Source: Christensenellaceae bacterium (GTDB taxonomy: Bacteria; Bacillota; Clostridia; Christensenellales; Borkfalkiaceae). Taken from it: a stretch of DNA of 64,000 nt. Below the pieces are notes generated by a model that was not told the origin of the DNA, did no database searches, and saw only the letters and a program-made list of their open reading frames with translations. Numbering within the stretch: position 1 is the first letter of the stretch; each line of letters opens with the position of its first letter. The DNA lies in assembly GCA_045603725.1 (NCBI GenBank), contig JAZUMP010000056.1, positions 4,702 to 68,701 of the forward strand, written 5' to 3'. Below, piece after piece: positions 36,082 to 46,497 of the stretch. A program made the translations under genes and the position numbers.

Positions 36082-36849
36082 TTATAAATATTTTTCTTCT
36101 AGGTTAAGATAAGTTTTTACTTTTAAAGTTTTTGATAAATTTTCATAAACTTTACTAAAACCGTAAAACTCACTTGAATAATGCGTTACTATGAGTAATT
36201 TAATACCCATTTCAACTGCTTTTAAAATAAGGTGATGCTGAACGTCAGACGAAACTATAAGGTCAACATCTTTTGCTTGCTCAAGAGTTTTTTCCGATAA
36301 CCCTTGCCCACAAAATGAAGCAACAGTATTAATTTTTTCGTTCAAATCACCATAGGCAATAACTTTATTAGAATTAAAGTTGTTTTTATACCTTTCAATA
36401 ACGCTAGAAAAACTTTCACCGTTTAAAGTAAACTTCCTACCGTAACCGATATTATCTTCAATCGTTGAAAGAATTTTTACGTTTTTACCACCTAAGCCTT
36501 CCGATAAATAATGGTCGATGCCGTTTATTGCAACGTCTAAATTTAAGTGAAAAGATATAACTCCAATAGAATTTTTAATCGCTTGATATATAGGCGTATC
36601 GACCGAAATATTTTTTATAGGCGCATAAATTGCCGGATGATGAGTAAAAATTAAATTGCAATTATTATCGATAGCCTTTTTAACTGCTTCGCAAGTTAAA
36701 TCTAAGGTAAATAAAACGCCCGTTATATCTTTATCAGTCTCAACTATAATTCCAACGTTATCGTACGCGTCGAATTTTAAGACGTACTCGTTAGAGTAAG
36801 ACGTTGGTGCGTACTTTTCTAAAATATTTAAAATATCGTTAATCTTCAT
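36082..36849 (-). CDS. Nif3-like dinuclear metal centre protein
   Basis: ...LIFTHHPAIY... is present, and the gene shows synteny with trmK and sigA. Confidence 0.8.
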   Translation of the reverse strand: MKINDILNILEKYAPTSYSNEYVLKFDAYDNVGIIVETDKDITGVLFTLDLTCEAVKKAIDNNCNLIFTHHPAIYAPIKNISVDTPIYQAIKNSIGVISFHLNLDVAINGIDHYLSEGLGGKNVKILSTIEDNIGYGRKFTLNGESFSSVIERYKNNFNSNKVIAYGDLNEKINTVASFCGQGLSEKTLEQAKDVDLIVSSDVQHHLILKAVEMGIKLLIVTHYSSEFYGFSKVYENLSKTLKVKTYLNLEEKYL

Positions 36850-37477
36850 TTAAAATTTCCTTTATAGATTTAAGATAATTTATTAGTTCAACGTTTTCGC
36901 TAGCGCTATTATTATTTAAAATAATATTTATCTTTTTTTCTTCATTTTTAAGTTTTAATATAAAATCTTTTGGTCTTAATTTTAAATTATCTCTACCAAA
37001 TAATAGTTCTAAATCACTATAACAATCACTGCCGATTTCCGCTACGATTATATCATAGAATTTTTTATCAAAAACCGTGTAGTCATCGGAAATTTTATAA
37101 TTTTTTCTAATTAGTAATTCCCTAACTTTACTTTGGTTTTTTTGAGGAGACAATATAAGCCTTTTAGGTAAAAATTCAGCATTACTTAATATGCTACAAA
37201 TTTCTTCACCACCCATACCTGCAATAACTGCCTCGTCTGGAATTAAATGAAATTTATTAAAACCATCACTTACTAAAAAGGTAACTTTACTGCCGTATTT
37301 ATTAAGTAATTTTTTTGCTTTATCTAAACTCTTATTTGATATATCTGAAGCAATAACACTTTCAAATAATTCGTTATCTAATACGTATTTTGCTATAATA
37401 CCGTGGTCGCAACCTATATCGGCAAAAACTCTGCCTATACCGATATGCGACGCTATTATTTTTAAACGCTTAGTCAT
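36839..37477 (-). CDS. trmK: tRNA (adenine22-N1)-methyltransferase
   Basis: FADIGCDHGIIA is present, and the gene lies directly after sigA. Confidence 0.8.
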   Translation of the reverse strand: MTKRLKIIASHIGIGRVFADIGCDHGIIAKYVLDNELFESVIASDISNKSLDKAKKLLNKYGSKVTFLVSDGFNKFHLIPDEAVIAGMGGEEICSILSNAEFLPKRLILSPQKNQSKVRELLIRKNYKISDDYTVFDKKFYDIIVAEIGSDCYSDLELLFGRDNLKLRPKDFILKLKNEEKKINIILNNNSASENVELINYLKSIKEILNED

Positions 37478-38541
37478 TATTCTAAATATTCTTTTAATTT
37501 TTTAGAGCGAGATGGATGCCTTAATTTTCTAAGCGCTTTTGCTTCGATTTGACGGATTCTTTCTCTTGTTACGTTAAACTCTTTACCAACTTCTTCAAGC
37601 GTTCTTGGTTTACCATCGTCAATACCATATCTTAATCTTAAAACCTTTTCTTCTCGTGGCGTTAACGTATCAAGAATTGAAATAAGTTGTTGTTTAAGCA
37701 TACTAAACGCAACCACGTCGCTTGGGGATTGTGCGTTTTCATCTTCAATAAACGTACCTAAATTGCTATCCTCTTCTTCGCCGATTGGTGTTTCAAGTGA
37801 AACAGGGTCTTGAGCAATTTTTTGAATTTCAACTACCCTTTCAACCGTAATTCCCATATTTTCGGCAATTTCTTCAGGGGTTGGCTCTCTTCCTAATTCT
37901 TGTAATAATTGGCGAGATACTTTTACTACCTTATTTATGGTTTCAACCATATGTACTGGGATACGAATAGTTCTTGCTTGGTCTGCTATCGCACGGGTAA
38001 TTGCTTGACGTATCCACCAAGTTGCGTAAGTTGAAAATTTAAAACCTTTTGTATAGTCAAACTTCTCAACTGCTTTCATTAAACCTAAATTACCTTCTTG
38101 TATAAGGTCGAGAAGATGCATACCACGCCCTACGTATCTTTTCGCAATAGAAACGACGAGCCTTAAGTTCGCTTCAGACAATCTACGCTTTGCTTGTTCA
38201 TCACCGTTCATCATTTTTTCGGCAAGTTCAGTTTCTTCTTCCGTTGATAAAAGCGCTATTTTACCTATATCTTTCAAATACACTTTTACAGGGTCGTCCA
38301 TTGAAATTTCTTTTTCAAGTTGAAGTAAAAGGTCTTTATTCTTTTCATTTTCTTGAAAACTGTCAACAATTTCAATGCCTGAAACTCTAAACGCTTCGTA
38401 TACGCTTTCAATTTCTTCAGGCGTAATTTTGAACTTTTCGAGTTTATCGATAAGTTCATCACTAGAAATTTTACCTGCTTTACTATATTCTTCAATTAAT
38501 TTGTTTTGAATTTCTTGTAATTGTAATTTTGATACGCTCAT
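37477..38541 (-). CDS. rpoD: Primary RNA polymerase sigma factor
   Basis: [16 protein letters not shown] and [28 protein letters not shown] are present, along with region 4 ([19 protein letters not shown]). Confidence 0.95.
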   Translation of the reverse strand: MSVSKLQLQEIQNKLIEEYSKAGKISSDELIDKLEKFKITPEEIESVYEAFRVSGIEIVDSFQENEKNKDLLLQLEKEISMDDPVKVYLKDIGKIALLSTEEETELAEKMMNGDEQAKRRLSEANLRLVVSIAKRYVGRGMHLLDLIQEGNLGLMKAVEKFDYTKGFKFSTYATWWIRQAITRAIADQARTIRIPVHMVETINKVVKVSRQLLQELGREPTPEEIAENMGITVERVVEIQKIAQDPVSLETPIGEEEDSNLGTFIEDENAQSPSDVVAFSMLKQQLISILDTLTPREEKVLRLRYGIDDGKPRTLEEVGKEFNVTRERIRQIEAKALRKLRHPSRSKKLKEYLE

Positions 38542-38553
38542 ATTTATCCTCCG

Positions 38554-40329
38554 TTAAATATCCATGAGTTTAGACGTTTCTTTAGTTATTAAATTTGCAA
38601 TTTGCCGTCTTTTTTCAATATCTTCTTCTTTTTTATATTCTTCGTTTAATAGTTTTATTTTATTTTCAATATTGCTCTTTTTTATTTGAATAACGCAATC
38701 GTTAAAATATTTTTCTTCAAAAGAAGTGTCAAAAATATTTTCACCTGCAGTTAATACTGCATTTAACTCTTCTAAATTTTCATCTCCGATAGCGCTAGCC
38801 AGATTTTCCACCCTAAAGTAAGGATTATCAATAATCTCTTCTGCAATTTTATTTCTTATAGGATTTGTAAAAAAGAGTTCTTCAATAATAAACCCATTAG
38901 TATACGGTCTATTCTCAATTATAGCGCTTAATATAAACCTTTCGGCACGCTCTAAATTATTCCCGCTTTTTTGTGGGTTTACCCAAATTTCTTGAATCGG
39001 CTCTTCGTTTAATATCTTTCCACCTTCCAAGTCGCGCTTTAGCGATTCGTAGGTTATACCCGACTTGTCCCTCAACTTTTTAAGAAGTTCTTCTCTAATA
39101 AAGGCGTCTTTAACGGTCTTTATTAGCAGTAAACTCTCGGAAACGTATTTTCTCCTATCGGACGCGTCTTTAAGGTTTTTACCAAACGCTACGGCCCTTA
39201 ATTTAAAATCAATAAGTGGTTCAGCATCGTCAATCAACTTTTTATAAGCGTTAACACCATACTCTTGTATAACTTCATCGGGGTCTTTCCCGTTTGGAAG
39301 ATTAACTACTCTAACTTCAAAGCCTTCGTCTTCAAAAATAGTTAAACTTCTAATCGTAGCCTTCTGCCCTGCGGCATCGCCATCAAACGATACTACGACT
39401 TTATTCGTATAACGCTTCAAAAGTTTTGCTTGTTCAAGGGTTAAAGAGGTACCCATAGACGCTACTACGTTTTTAAATCCCGCTTGATATAAAGATATTG
39501 CATCCATATATCCTTCAACCATAATAACGTAAGAAAAATCCGTTTGTTTTTTAAGTGCTTTAAGGTTGTTTATTGCGTATAAGTTGCGCTTTTTTGAAAA
39601 AATTTGAGTATCTTGCGTGTTTTTATACTTGCCGAAACTCTCTTCGCTCTTTTCTAGAACCCTACCGCCAAACGCTATAACTTTACCCATCGAATTAATG
39701 ATTGGAACGATAAGCCTATTAGCGTACGCATCAAATAAATTACCTTTATTACTCTTTTGGCAAACCCCACTATCTAAAATGTCTTCTTCACTATAGCCTT
39801 TAGACTTTAAATAATCAACTACTTCGTTATAACCAACCGAAACACCTAATCCAAAAGCCGTTGCAGTTTGGTTTGAAATTCCACGTTTTGCCAAATATTT
39901 TTTTGCTTTTTCACCTTTAGGTGTTTTTAAGTTGGAAACGTAATATAAAGCAGTTTCTCTTAAAATTTCGTGTAACCTTTCTCTTTTCTCTTTTAATTTT
40001 TTAGAGTTTTCATCGCTAGAATTTTCATTTTCCGGCAAAGGCATTTTGGCATTTTCGGCTAAAAATTTAATCGATTCATAAAAATCTAAACTTTCAACTT
40101 CTTCGATAAATTTTATAACGTCGCCCCCTTTACCACAACCGAAACAATGATAAAACTGCCCGTTTTCATTAACCGAGAAAGAAGGCGTTTTTTCATTGTG
40201 CCCGTCAAGTGGGCAACAAGCCCAATAGTTAGAGCCTTTGCGCTTTAATACGCAATATCTACCAACTATATCGACGATATTATTTTTACTTTTAAGTTCG
40301 CTTATGAACTTTTCATCAATTTGAGCCAT
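38554..40329 (-). CDS. dnaG: DNA primase
   Basis: Zinc finger CPLDGHNEKTPSF...YHCFGCGKGGDVIKF and TOPRIM motifs VEGYMD...FDGDAAG are present. Confidence 0.95.
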   Translation of the reverse strand: MAQIDEKFISELKSKNNIVDIVGRYCVLKRKGSNYWACCPLDGHNEKTPSFSVNENGQFYHCFGCGKGGDVIKFIEEVESLDFYESIKFLAENAKMPLPENENSSDENSKKLKEKRERLHEILRETALYYVSNLKTPKGEKAKKYLAKRGISNQTATAFGLGVSVGYNEVVDYLKSKGYSEEDILDSGVCQKSNKGNLFDAYANRLIVPIINSMGKVIAFGGRVLEKSEESFGKYKNTQDTQIFSKKRNLYAINNLKALKKQTDFSYVIMVEGYMDAISLYQAGFKNVVASMGTSLTLEQAKLLKRYTNKVVVSFDGDAAGQKATIRSLTIFEDEGFEVRVVNLPNGKDPDEVIQEYGVNAYKKLIDDAEPLIDFKLRAVAFGKNLKDASDRRKYVSESLLLIKTVKDAFIREELLKKLRDKSGITYESLKRDLEGGKILNEEPIQEIWVNPQKSGNNLERAERFILSAIIENRPYTNGFIIEELFFTNPIRNKIAEEIIDNPYFRVENLASAIGDENLEELNAVLTAGENIFDTSFEEKYFNDCVIQIKKSNIENKIKLLNEEYKKEEDIEKRRQIANLITKETSKLMDI

Positions 40330-40342
40330 AAACTCTCCAAAA

Positions 40343-41350
40343 TTAAAAATTTTCAGGAATAAATAGCGATTTCATAATCGAAACGGCGTATCTATCCGTC
40401 ATACCCGATATATAATCGCAAATAACTTGTTCTTTAGTGTAACTATCTAATAATTTTTTGTACGGTGCTGGAAGTTTTTCAGGAAATTTCATAAAATGCT
40501 CGTAAATTGCAGTTAACATACCGTACGCTTTTTCTTCTTCGCCACGCGCTGCATCGGTATTATAAACTTTTTCAAACATAAATTCCCTAAATATAGCCAT
40601 TGCTTTTTCAACTTCGCTATTGACCATTATTTTATTTTTATTATAACTTTCGCTATAAACGGCGTTTATTAAAGAATTAATCCTTTGTGTTGACGACTTG
40701 CCTAATACTTTAAGTACGATTTCAGGCATTGAGTTTACACTTATAAGACCTGCCCTTATCGCATCTTCAACGTCGTGATTTAAGTAAGCAATTCTATCGG
40801 AAAGTGAGACAACCTCGCCTTCTAACGTTTTAGGATTACCACTAAGTTTATGATTTAAAATACCGTCTCTAACTTCAAAGGTTAAATTAAGACCTTTACC
40901 GTCGTTTTCCAAAACGTCAACAACTCTTAAAGATTGTTCGTTGTGTTTAAAACCGTTTGGCGAAAGCATATTTAAAAGCCTTTCACCCGAATGACCAAAC
41001 GGCGTATGCCCAAGGTCGTGCCCAAGTGCGATTGCCTCGGTTAAATCCTCGTTTAAGTTTAGAACGCGCGCTATTGACCTTGCGATTTGAGTAACTTCTA
41101 AAGTATGAGTAAGCCTCGTCATATAATGGTCGCCCTCTGGCGAGAAAAATACTTGAGTTTTGTTTTTTAAGCGCAAAAAGGCTTTAGAGTATATAATTCT
41201 ATCTCTATCTCTTTGAAAAGGCGTACGCATATTGCACGGCTCTTCTTCCTTTAATCTACCTAAAGTAGAATCCGAAAAGCACGCGTACTTAGAAAAATAT
41301 TGCCTTTCCCTTTTATAAATATCTTCTTTAATCTTTAAATCAGCGCACAT
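40343..41350 (-). CDS. dgt: dGTPase-like HD-domain triphosphohydrolase
   Basis: RLTHTLEVTQIARSIA and GHDLGHTPFGH are present. Confidence 0.85.
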   Translation of the reverse strand: MCADLKIKEDIYKRERQYFSKYACFSDSTLGRLKEEEPCNMRTPFQRDRDRIIYSKAFLRLKNKTQVFFSPEGDHYMTRLTHTLEVTQIARSIARVLNLNEDLTEAIALGHDLGHTPFGHSGERLLNMLSPNGFKHNEQSLRVVDVLENDGKGLNLTFEVRDGILNHKLSGNPKTLEGEVVSLSDRIAYLNHDVEDAIRAGLISVNSMPEIVLKVLGKSSTQRINSLINAVYSESYNKNKIMVNSEVEKAMAIFREFMFEKVYNTDAARGEEEKAYGMLTAIYEHFMKFPEKLPAPYKKLLDSYTKEQVICDYISGMTDRYAVSIMKSLFIPENF

Positions 41351-41402
41351 TATATTATCCTATCACTTAATATATACTATAAATAATTTAAAAACCCTTT
41401 TT

Positions 41403-42107
41403 TTACAAAAAATTTCCTACAAAAAGTTTGTAAATTTTACCGTTATCGCCTATTTTAGATGAAATTTTAAATATTTTATTGGCTACTTCACTAGGCCTTG
41501 CTAACTTTTTAAGCCCACAAGATTTAACAAACTCCAATTTTTCTTCGTAAGATAAATGCTCGTTCATATCGGTATCAACAATACCTAAAACTATACTACA
41601 AACTGATAAATTAGAACTGCTAAGTTCTTCTGCAACAGCCCTTGAAAATGCTAATACTCCCGCCTTAGAAGCCGAGTAAACCGACTCACAACTGCCACCT
41701 TTTAAAGCAAAGATAGAAGAAATATTTATAATTTTACCACCATTTGACAACATATGGTTAACTGCGAGTTTAGTTGAGTTAAAAACGCCTTTTAAATTAA
41801 CGTTTATAACCTTATTAAACTCTTCTTCAGATACGTCTAAAATAAATTTTTGCGAAAGAGCAACTCCAGCGTTATTTACAACTATATCCACTTTTTTATA
41901 TTTATTTATAGCATAAGAATAAACCGACTCAATTTCACTAAAACTACAAACGTCGGATTTTATCATATCAATATTTAATTTTTTAAGATGGGATATTTCG
42001 CTATTAAGATAAGTTCCTACTACGTTGTGGCCACTATTTTTAAACTTTTTAGCAAGTTCTAAACCAATACCACGCGAAGCACCCGTTATTATTACCGTTT
42101 TATTCAT
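41403..42107 (-). CDS. Short-chain dehydrogenase/reductase (FabG-like)
   Basis: TGASRGIG, NNAG and the YSASKAG catalytic motif are present. Confidence 0.8.
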   Translation of the reverse strand: MNKTVIITGASRGIGLELAKKFKNSGHNVVGTYLNSEISHLKKLNIDMIKSDVCSFSEIESVYSYAINKYKKVDIVVNNAGVALSQKFILDVSEEEFNKVINVNLKGVFNSTKLAVNHMLSNGGKIINISSIFALKGGSCESVYSASKAGVLAFSRAVAEELSSSNLSVCSIVLGIVDTDMNEHLSYEEKLEFVKSCGLKKLARPSEVANKIFKISSKIGDNGKIYKLFVGNFL

Positions 42108-42149
42108 AAATGCAAAAAACCCAACAGTTAAACTGTTGGGTAAATTATA

Positions 42150-42710
42150 TTATTTCTTAACTCTTTCCATATATTCGCCTGACCTAGTGTCAATACGAAT
42201 TACGTCGCCTTCATTAACGAACATTGGAACTTGCATATTAATACCTGTTTCAAGCTTAACGATTTTAGTTGCGTTAGTCGCAGTATTGCCTGCAACGCTT
42301 GGCTCTGCTTCAGTTACTAAAAGTTCAACGAAGTTTTCACAATCAACTGAGAACGCTTTACCCTTATAGAATTTAACAGTAACAGTATCGTTTTCTTTAA
42401 CGTATTTTAACGCATCTTCAACTTGGTCGTAGTTGAGTGGTTCCATATTAAATTCTTCATCCATAAAATAGTAAAGTTCGCCGTCAGAATATGAATAAGT
42501 CATCTTCTTAGTTTCAATAATAGCGTTTTCAAACTTTTCTGTTGGGTTAAAAGTGATTTGTAAAACTTTACCGTCAACAACGTTTTTAAGCGTTGTTCTT
42601 ACAAACGCTGCACCTTTACCTGGTTTAACGTGTAAAAAGTCAACAACTGTAAATATTTTTCCATCATACTCGATAGTAACGCCTTTTCTTAAATCGCCTG
42701 CTAATACCAT
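42150..42710 (-). CDS. efp: Elongation factor P
   Basis: ...[20 protein letters not shown]... is present. 186 aa. Confidence 0.95.
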   Translation of the reverse strand: MVLAGDLRKGVTIEYDGKIFTVVDFLHVKPGKGAAFVRTTLKNVVDGKVLQITFNPTEKFENAIIETKKMTYSYSDGELYYFMDEEFNMEPLNYDQVEDALKYVKENDTVTVKFYKGKAFSVDCENFVELLVTEAEPSVAGNTATNATKIVKLETGINMQVPMFVNEGDVIRIDTRSGEYMERVKK

Positions 42711-42739
42711 ATTAAAAATTTCTCCTAAAAAATAAATAT

Positions 42740-43789
42740 CTATTTTTGCGCGGGGATAAATTCCACCACGTCTTTAACTAAAGTAAAAAAACTTTTGCAT
42801 TTGCCGTTATTTATATAAACGCTATCTTCAATGCGAATACCAAACTTACCGTCAAAATAAACGCCAGGTTCTATTGAAAAAACGTTATTTTCTTTTAAAA
42901 TCGACGTTGATTTAGGCGAAAGCCTTGGAAATTCGTGAACTTTAACTCCTATTCCGTGACCTAAAGAGTGAGTAAAATACTCGCCGTAGCCTAAACTTGC
43001 TAAATAATCTCTTGAAATACCGTCTGCCTCTTTGCCGGAAATTCCCGAAGAAATTTCACTAAACGCTTTGTTGTGAGCATTTAAAACGGCGTTAAACGCT
43101 TCTTTATATTCGCTCGGCGCTTTGCCAAAGTAAAACGACCTTGTTATATCGGAATTATAGCCGTTGACCGTAACCCCACAATCAATCAAAACAGGCATAT
43201 TCTTTTTAAGTTTAATATCGCCGGTTTTATAATGTGGAATACTCGTACCTTCGCCAAACGCAACTATTGTTTCAAATGCGGGTTTATCTCCACCGTTCAA
43301 CTTAAAATTGTACTCTATAAGACCTGCAAACTCCCTTTCGCTAACCCCTTCTTTTAAGTTAGTAAAAGCACTTTTTAAAGAAGATTGTAAAATCTCGCAA
43401 GAGTTTTTTATAAGTTCAATCTCAAAATCAGTCTTAACGGAAGTTTCTAAAAAAACGCCTTGGCTTGCATCGAACAACTCGATATTAAGCGCAAGCAATT
43501 TTTTATACCAATCTACGCTTGTTAAAGAATCAACTATCCCTACCGAAGATATGGCGTTACTTATAATAAAGTCATTTAACGAATTATCTTCAATTAGAAT
43601 AACGCTTGCCTTTGCCAAACTTTTAGCCGAAGCATAATACCGTTTATCAGTAAACAAGTATTTTTGATTGTTACATAAAATCAAAAAACCGTCTTCAATT
43701 AAAAATGAAGTATAATATACTATTAAATCATTATCAAAAATTACGATTGCTGTATTTTTTTTAAGCATATTTTTAAATTTAATAACCAA
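42740..43789 (-). CDS. M24-family Xaa-Pro aminopeptidase/dipeptidase
   Basis: ...[15 protein letters not shown]..., ...SIEPGVY... and ...IRIEDSV... are present. It lies upstream of efp, as B. subtilis yqhT does. Confidence 0.85.
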   Translation of the reverse strand: MVIKFKNMLKKNTAIVIFDNDLIVYYTSFLIEDGFLILCNNQKYLFTDKRYYASAKSLAKASVILIEDNSLNDFIISNAISSVGIVDSLTSVDWYKKLLALNIELFDASQGVFLETSVKTDFEIELIKNSCEILQSSLKSAFTNLKEGVSEREFAGLIEYNFKLNGGDKPAFETIVAFGEGTSIPHYKTGDIKLKKNMPVLIDCGVTVNGYNSDITRSFYFGKAPSEYKEAFNAVLNAHNKAFSEISSGISGKEADGISRDYLASLGYGEYFTHSLGHGIGVKVHEFPRLSPKSTSILKENNVFSIEPGVYFDGKFGIRIEDSVYINNGKCKSFFTLVKDVVEFIPAQK

Positions 43790-43938
43790 ACTTTGACTTA
43801 ATTATTTTACCATATATTGTGTGTCAAGTCAACACTTTTAACAATTTACGACATATATATTATTTATTTATAAATAAAATTTTATAACGCTTTAAGAAAT
43901 AACTTGAAAATTTTAACGCTTTAATGTATAATAAGTAT

Positions 43939-44544
43939 ATGACTCAAGAAGAATTTAACAAAAGCGTTGGCGAAAATCTTGCCAAGTATAGAAAATTTAA
44001 TAATTACACGCAAATTGCTTTAGCCGAAAAAATTAATTATTCGGATAAAGCGGTTTCTAAGTGGGAAAACGGCGAATGCTTGCCTGACGTTTACGTATTA
44101 AAGCAACTTGCAGACCTTTATGGCGTTACTGTTAACGACTTAATTACTAAACGAAATAAACCACGCGCTTCGTTTAGTAAAACTAACAGTTTTTTTGCCC
44201 CACTACTTTCTTGTTGTATCGTTTGGGTTGTTGCTTTACTTGCCTTTTTTATTATAATGGTGGCATTTAAAACTTACGATAAACCTTGGATTGTTTTTAT
44301 CGTGTCTATACCCGTTTCGGCAATAATAACGTTAGTATTTTCTTGTATATATAGAAATAGATGTATTCAATTTATATCAATTTCAACTATTATTTGGACG
44401 TTTATTTTAACACTACACTTAGCGCTCGTTGATTTGTTTAGCGAAATAGTTTTTCTTTACTTAGTTGGAATTCCCGTTGAAGTTATGGCAATCATTTGGT
44501 ATATTTATCGCTTAATTATTAGAAAAAAACGAAAACACGCCTAG
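43939..44544 (+). CDS. XRE-family HTH regulator fused to four predicted TM helices. The start is placed at MTQEEF; the ORF-track ATG at 43924 lies inside the -10 region.
   Basis: The HTH is ...YTQIALAEKINYSDKAVSKWENGECLPD.... The C-terminal half is hydrophobic. The promoter is TTGAAA-N17-(TG)TATAAT, with the -10 at 43927-43932. Confidence 0.7.
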   Translation: MTQEEFNKSVGENLAKYRKFNNYTQIALAEKINYSDKAVSKWENGECLPDVYVLKQLADLYGVTVNDLITKRNKPRASFSKTNSFFAPLLSCCIVWVVALLAFFIIMVAFKTYDKPWIVFIVSIPVSAIITLVFSCIYRNRCIQFISISTIIWTFILTLHLALVDLFSEIVFLYLVGIPVEVMAIIWYIYRLIIRKKRKHA

Positions 44545-44589
44545 AATAAATTGTATTTTAAAAGCACACTTAAAGTGTGCTTTATTTTT

Positions 44590-45435
44590 TTAAATCGAAT
44601 TATAAATATTCTTCATTATAACCGAGTCCTCGGCTTGAGTACCTGCAGATTCACATATAATATGTGGCTCTAATTTTAAATTTTTAAGAGCAACTGCAAG
44701 TGGTTCAAATTCTGGGCCGTAAACGTTATCATCAAAAGTTAAATGCTTAACTTCGCCTTTACTACTATACATAATTTTAGAAAAATGTACGTGGAAGTGA
44801 AGCATTTTTTTATACCCAAGTTCGCTTATCATATAACTTAATCTATCTTCGTAATCTTTTACGGTTTTTAAACTGCCTTGTTCCCTTGAATTTATATGCC
44901 CAAAATCTACGGTTGGAATATAAAATGGCGCAATTTTACAAAACTCCACTATTTCTTCAACGGTCCCAATTTGAGCCGATTTACCCATTGTTTCAGGGCA
45001 AAACAACATATCGTCATAGCCGTTATCTACGATTAAGCCAGCCAAAACTTCTAAACGCTTTTTAGTTAAATCAACGGCTTCTTCTCGCAATAGTTTACCT
45101 TGCGCTGACGGGTGAAAAATAACCCTCTCCCCAAACATTTCCTTACACTTTTTAGCACTATCTAAAACGTAGCCGTAAGATTTTTTAACCATATCGTCAT
45201 CAGTGTTAGCAAAATTTATAAAGTACGGAGCGTGAACGGAAATTTCAACGTTTTCACGTTTAAACGCTTCGCCTATTGAATTTGCTTTTGCGCTCGTCAT
45301 TATAACGCCTCTTCCGAAAGAATACTCAAACAAATCAAGACCTTTATTTTTTACCCAATTTGCCGCTTCTTCGGTATGAGAGTAACCTTCAAGCCTAAAA
45401 CTTTCACTATTGCCACTTGGACCGAATTTTATCAT
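44590..45435 (-). CDS. Endonuclease IV-like / AP endonuclease family 2 TIM-barrel protein
   Basis: ...ISVHAPYFINFAN..., ...VIFHPS... and ...DFGHIN... form a metal-ligand pattern. Confidence 0.7.
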   Translation of the reverse strand: MIKFGPSGNSESFRLEGYSHTEEAANWVKNKGLDLFEYSFGRGVIMTSAKANSIGEAFKRENVEISVHAPYFINFANTDDDMVKKSYGYVLDSAKKCKEMFGERVIFHPSAQGKLLREEAVDLTKKRLEVLAGLIVDNGYDDMLFCPETMGKSAQIGTVEEIVEFCKIAPFYIPTVDFGHINSREQGSLKTVKDYEDRLSYMISELGYKKMLHFHVHFSKIMYSSKGEVKHLTFDDNVYGPEFEPLAVALKNLKLEPHIICESAGTQAEDSVIMKNIYNSI

Positions 45436-46313
45436 TTTAAATACTCCATATCTTTAGTGATTTGTTCTTTTAATTCTTCTAAGGAATTAAATTTATAAAT
45501 ATCGCGAATTCTTTCAACAAAATAAACGGAAATTATTTTGCCGTATAAATCACCCGAAAAATTATGAATATAAGTTTCAATAACGCTATCGTTTCCGTTA
45601 ACGGTTGGTTGAGCACCCACGTTCGTTAGCGAAGAATATAGTTTACCGTTTATTATAGTACAAGTTAGATAAACACCGTCTTTTAAAAGTAGTTTATTAT
45701 CTTTACAAATTATATTTGCAGTTGGAAAATTGAGTTTACGCCCTAAATTTTTACCCTTTACAACTTCGCTCCTTATAAAATAATTGCTACCTAAATTCGC
45801 GTTAGCGTTTATAATATCGCCATTAATAAGCAAATTTTTTATGGTTTTTGAAGAGATTTTATTTCCGTTTTCGTCAACTACTTTATCGCAAACACTAAGT
45901 TCTATATTATTTTTTGCGCAAAAATCTTTTAAATCACTAACGTTTCCTTTAGCAAACTTTCCATAAGTAAAGTCTTCGCCAACTACGATTGATTTTACGT
46001 TGTAGTACGAATTAATTTCAAACAAAAACTCATCTTTACTTTTTGACATAAACTCTTCGCTTAATTCTTGATAAATTACGTTATCTACACCAAGAGATTT
46101 AAGTTTAATAAGCCTTTCGTTAAAAGTAAAAATATCAGGACTATCGTTTTTCCCACCTGTAAATATTAAAACACTTAACTCTAGCCCTTTATTTTCAGCA
46201 ATTTCTTTTGCTAAATTTATTATTTTTATATGACCCAAATGTATAGCGTCAAAATACCCTAAGCATATACAAGTTGGGTTTTTGTTAATTTCGCCGTATT
46301 TTAAAATATCCAT
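45432..46313 (-). CDS. ribF: Bifunctional riboflavin kinase / FAD synthetase
   Basis: GYFDAIHLGH is present. The C-terminal kinase domain carries ...GRKLNFPTANI... and ...IETYIHNFSGDLYG.... Confidence 0.9.
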   Translation of the reverse strand: MDILKYGEINKNPTCICLGYFDAIHLGHIKIINLAKEIAENKGLELSVLIFTGGKNDSPDIFTFNERLIKLKSLGVDNVIYQELSEEFMSKSKDEFLFEINSYYNVKSIVVGEDFTYGKFAKGNVSDLKDFCAKNNIELSVCDKVVDENGNKISSKTIKNLLINGDIINANANLGSNYFIRSEVVKGKNLGRKLNFPTANIICKDNKLLLKDGVYLTCTIINGKLYSSLTNVGAQPTVNGNDSVIETYIHNFSGDLYGKIISVYFVERIRDIYKFNSLEELKEQITKDMEYLK

Positions 46314-46323
46314 ACTATTCTTT

Positions 46324-46497
46324 TAGGTGTTGGCGCAAAATTAGTTGATTAGTAATTTATTGCGATTTAACACAATAGATACAAGCAAGTCTAGGCAAAA
46401 CCAGAAGATAAGAGTTTACATCTTTTCAATGGTTTTAACAAAGAATTGCGTAGTATATATTGCGTTAAAAATCAACTAGGGATTGCAAGAACACCTA
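46324..46497. repeat. 174-nt element closed by imperfect 26-27-nt inverted repeats: a structured RNA or a MITE-like insert
   Basis: taggtgtt..gcaa..tagttgatt (46324-46350) faces aatcaacta..ttgc..aacaccta (46470-46497). An inner hairpin pairs aaaacca(gaagat) with (atcttt..)tggtttt at 46397-46436. The right end overlaps the truB stop codon. Confidence 0.4.

Noticed and set aside
46314-46494. An FMN riboswitch upstream of ribF.
   Set aside because: None of the conserved FMN-element sequence blocks are present, and ribF is not normally FMN-riboswitch controlled. The region is instead reported as an unexplained inverted-repeat element.
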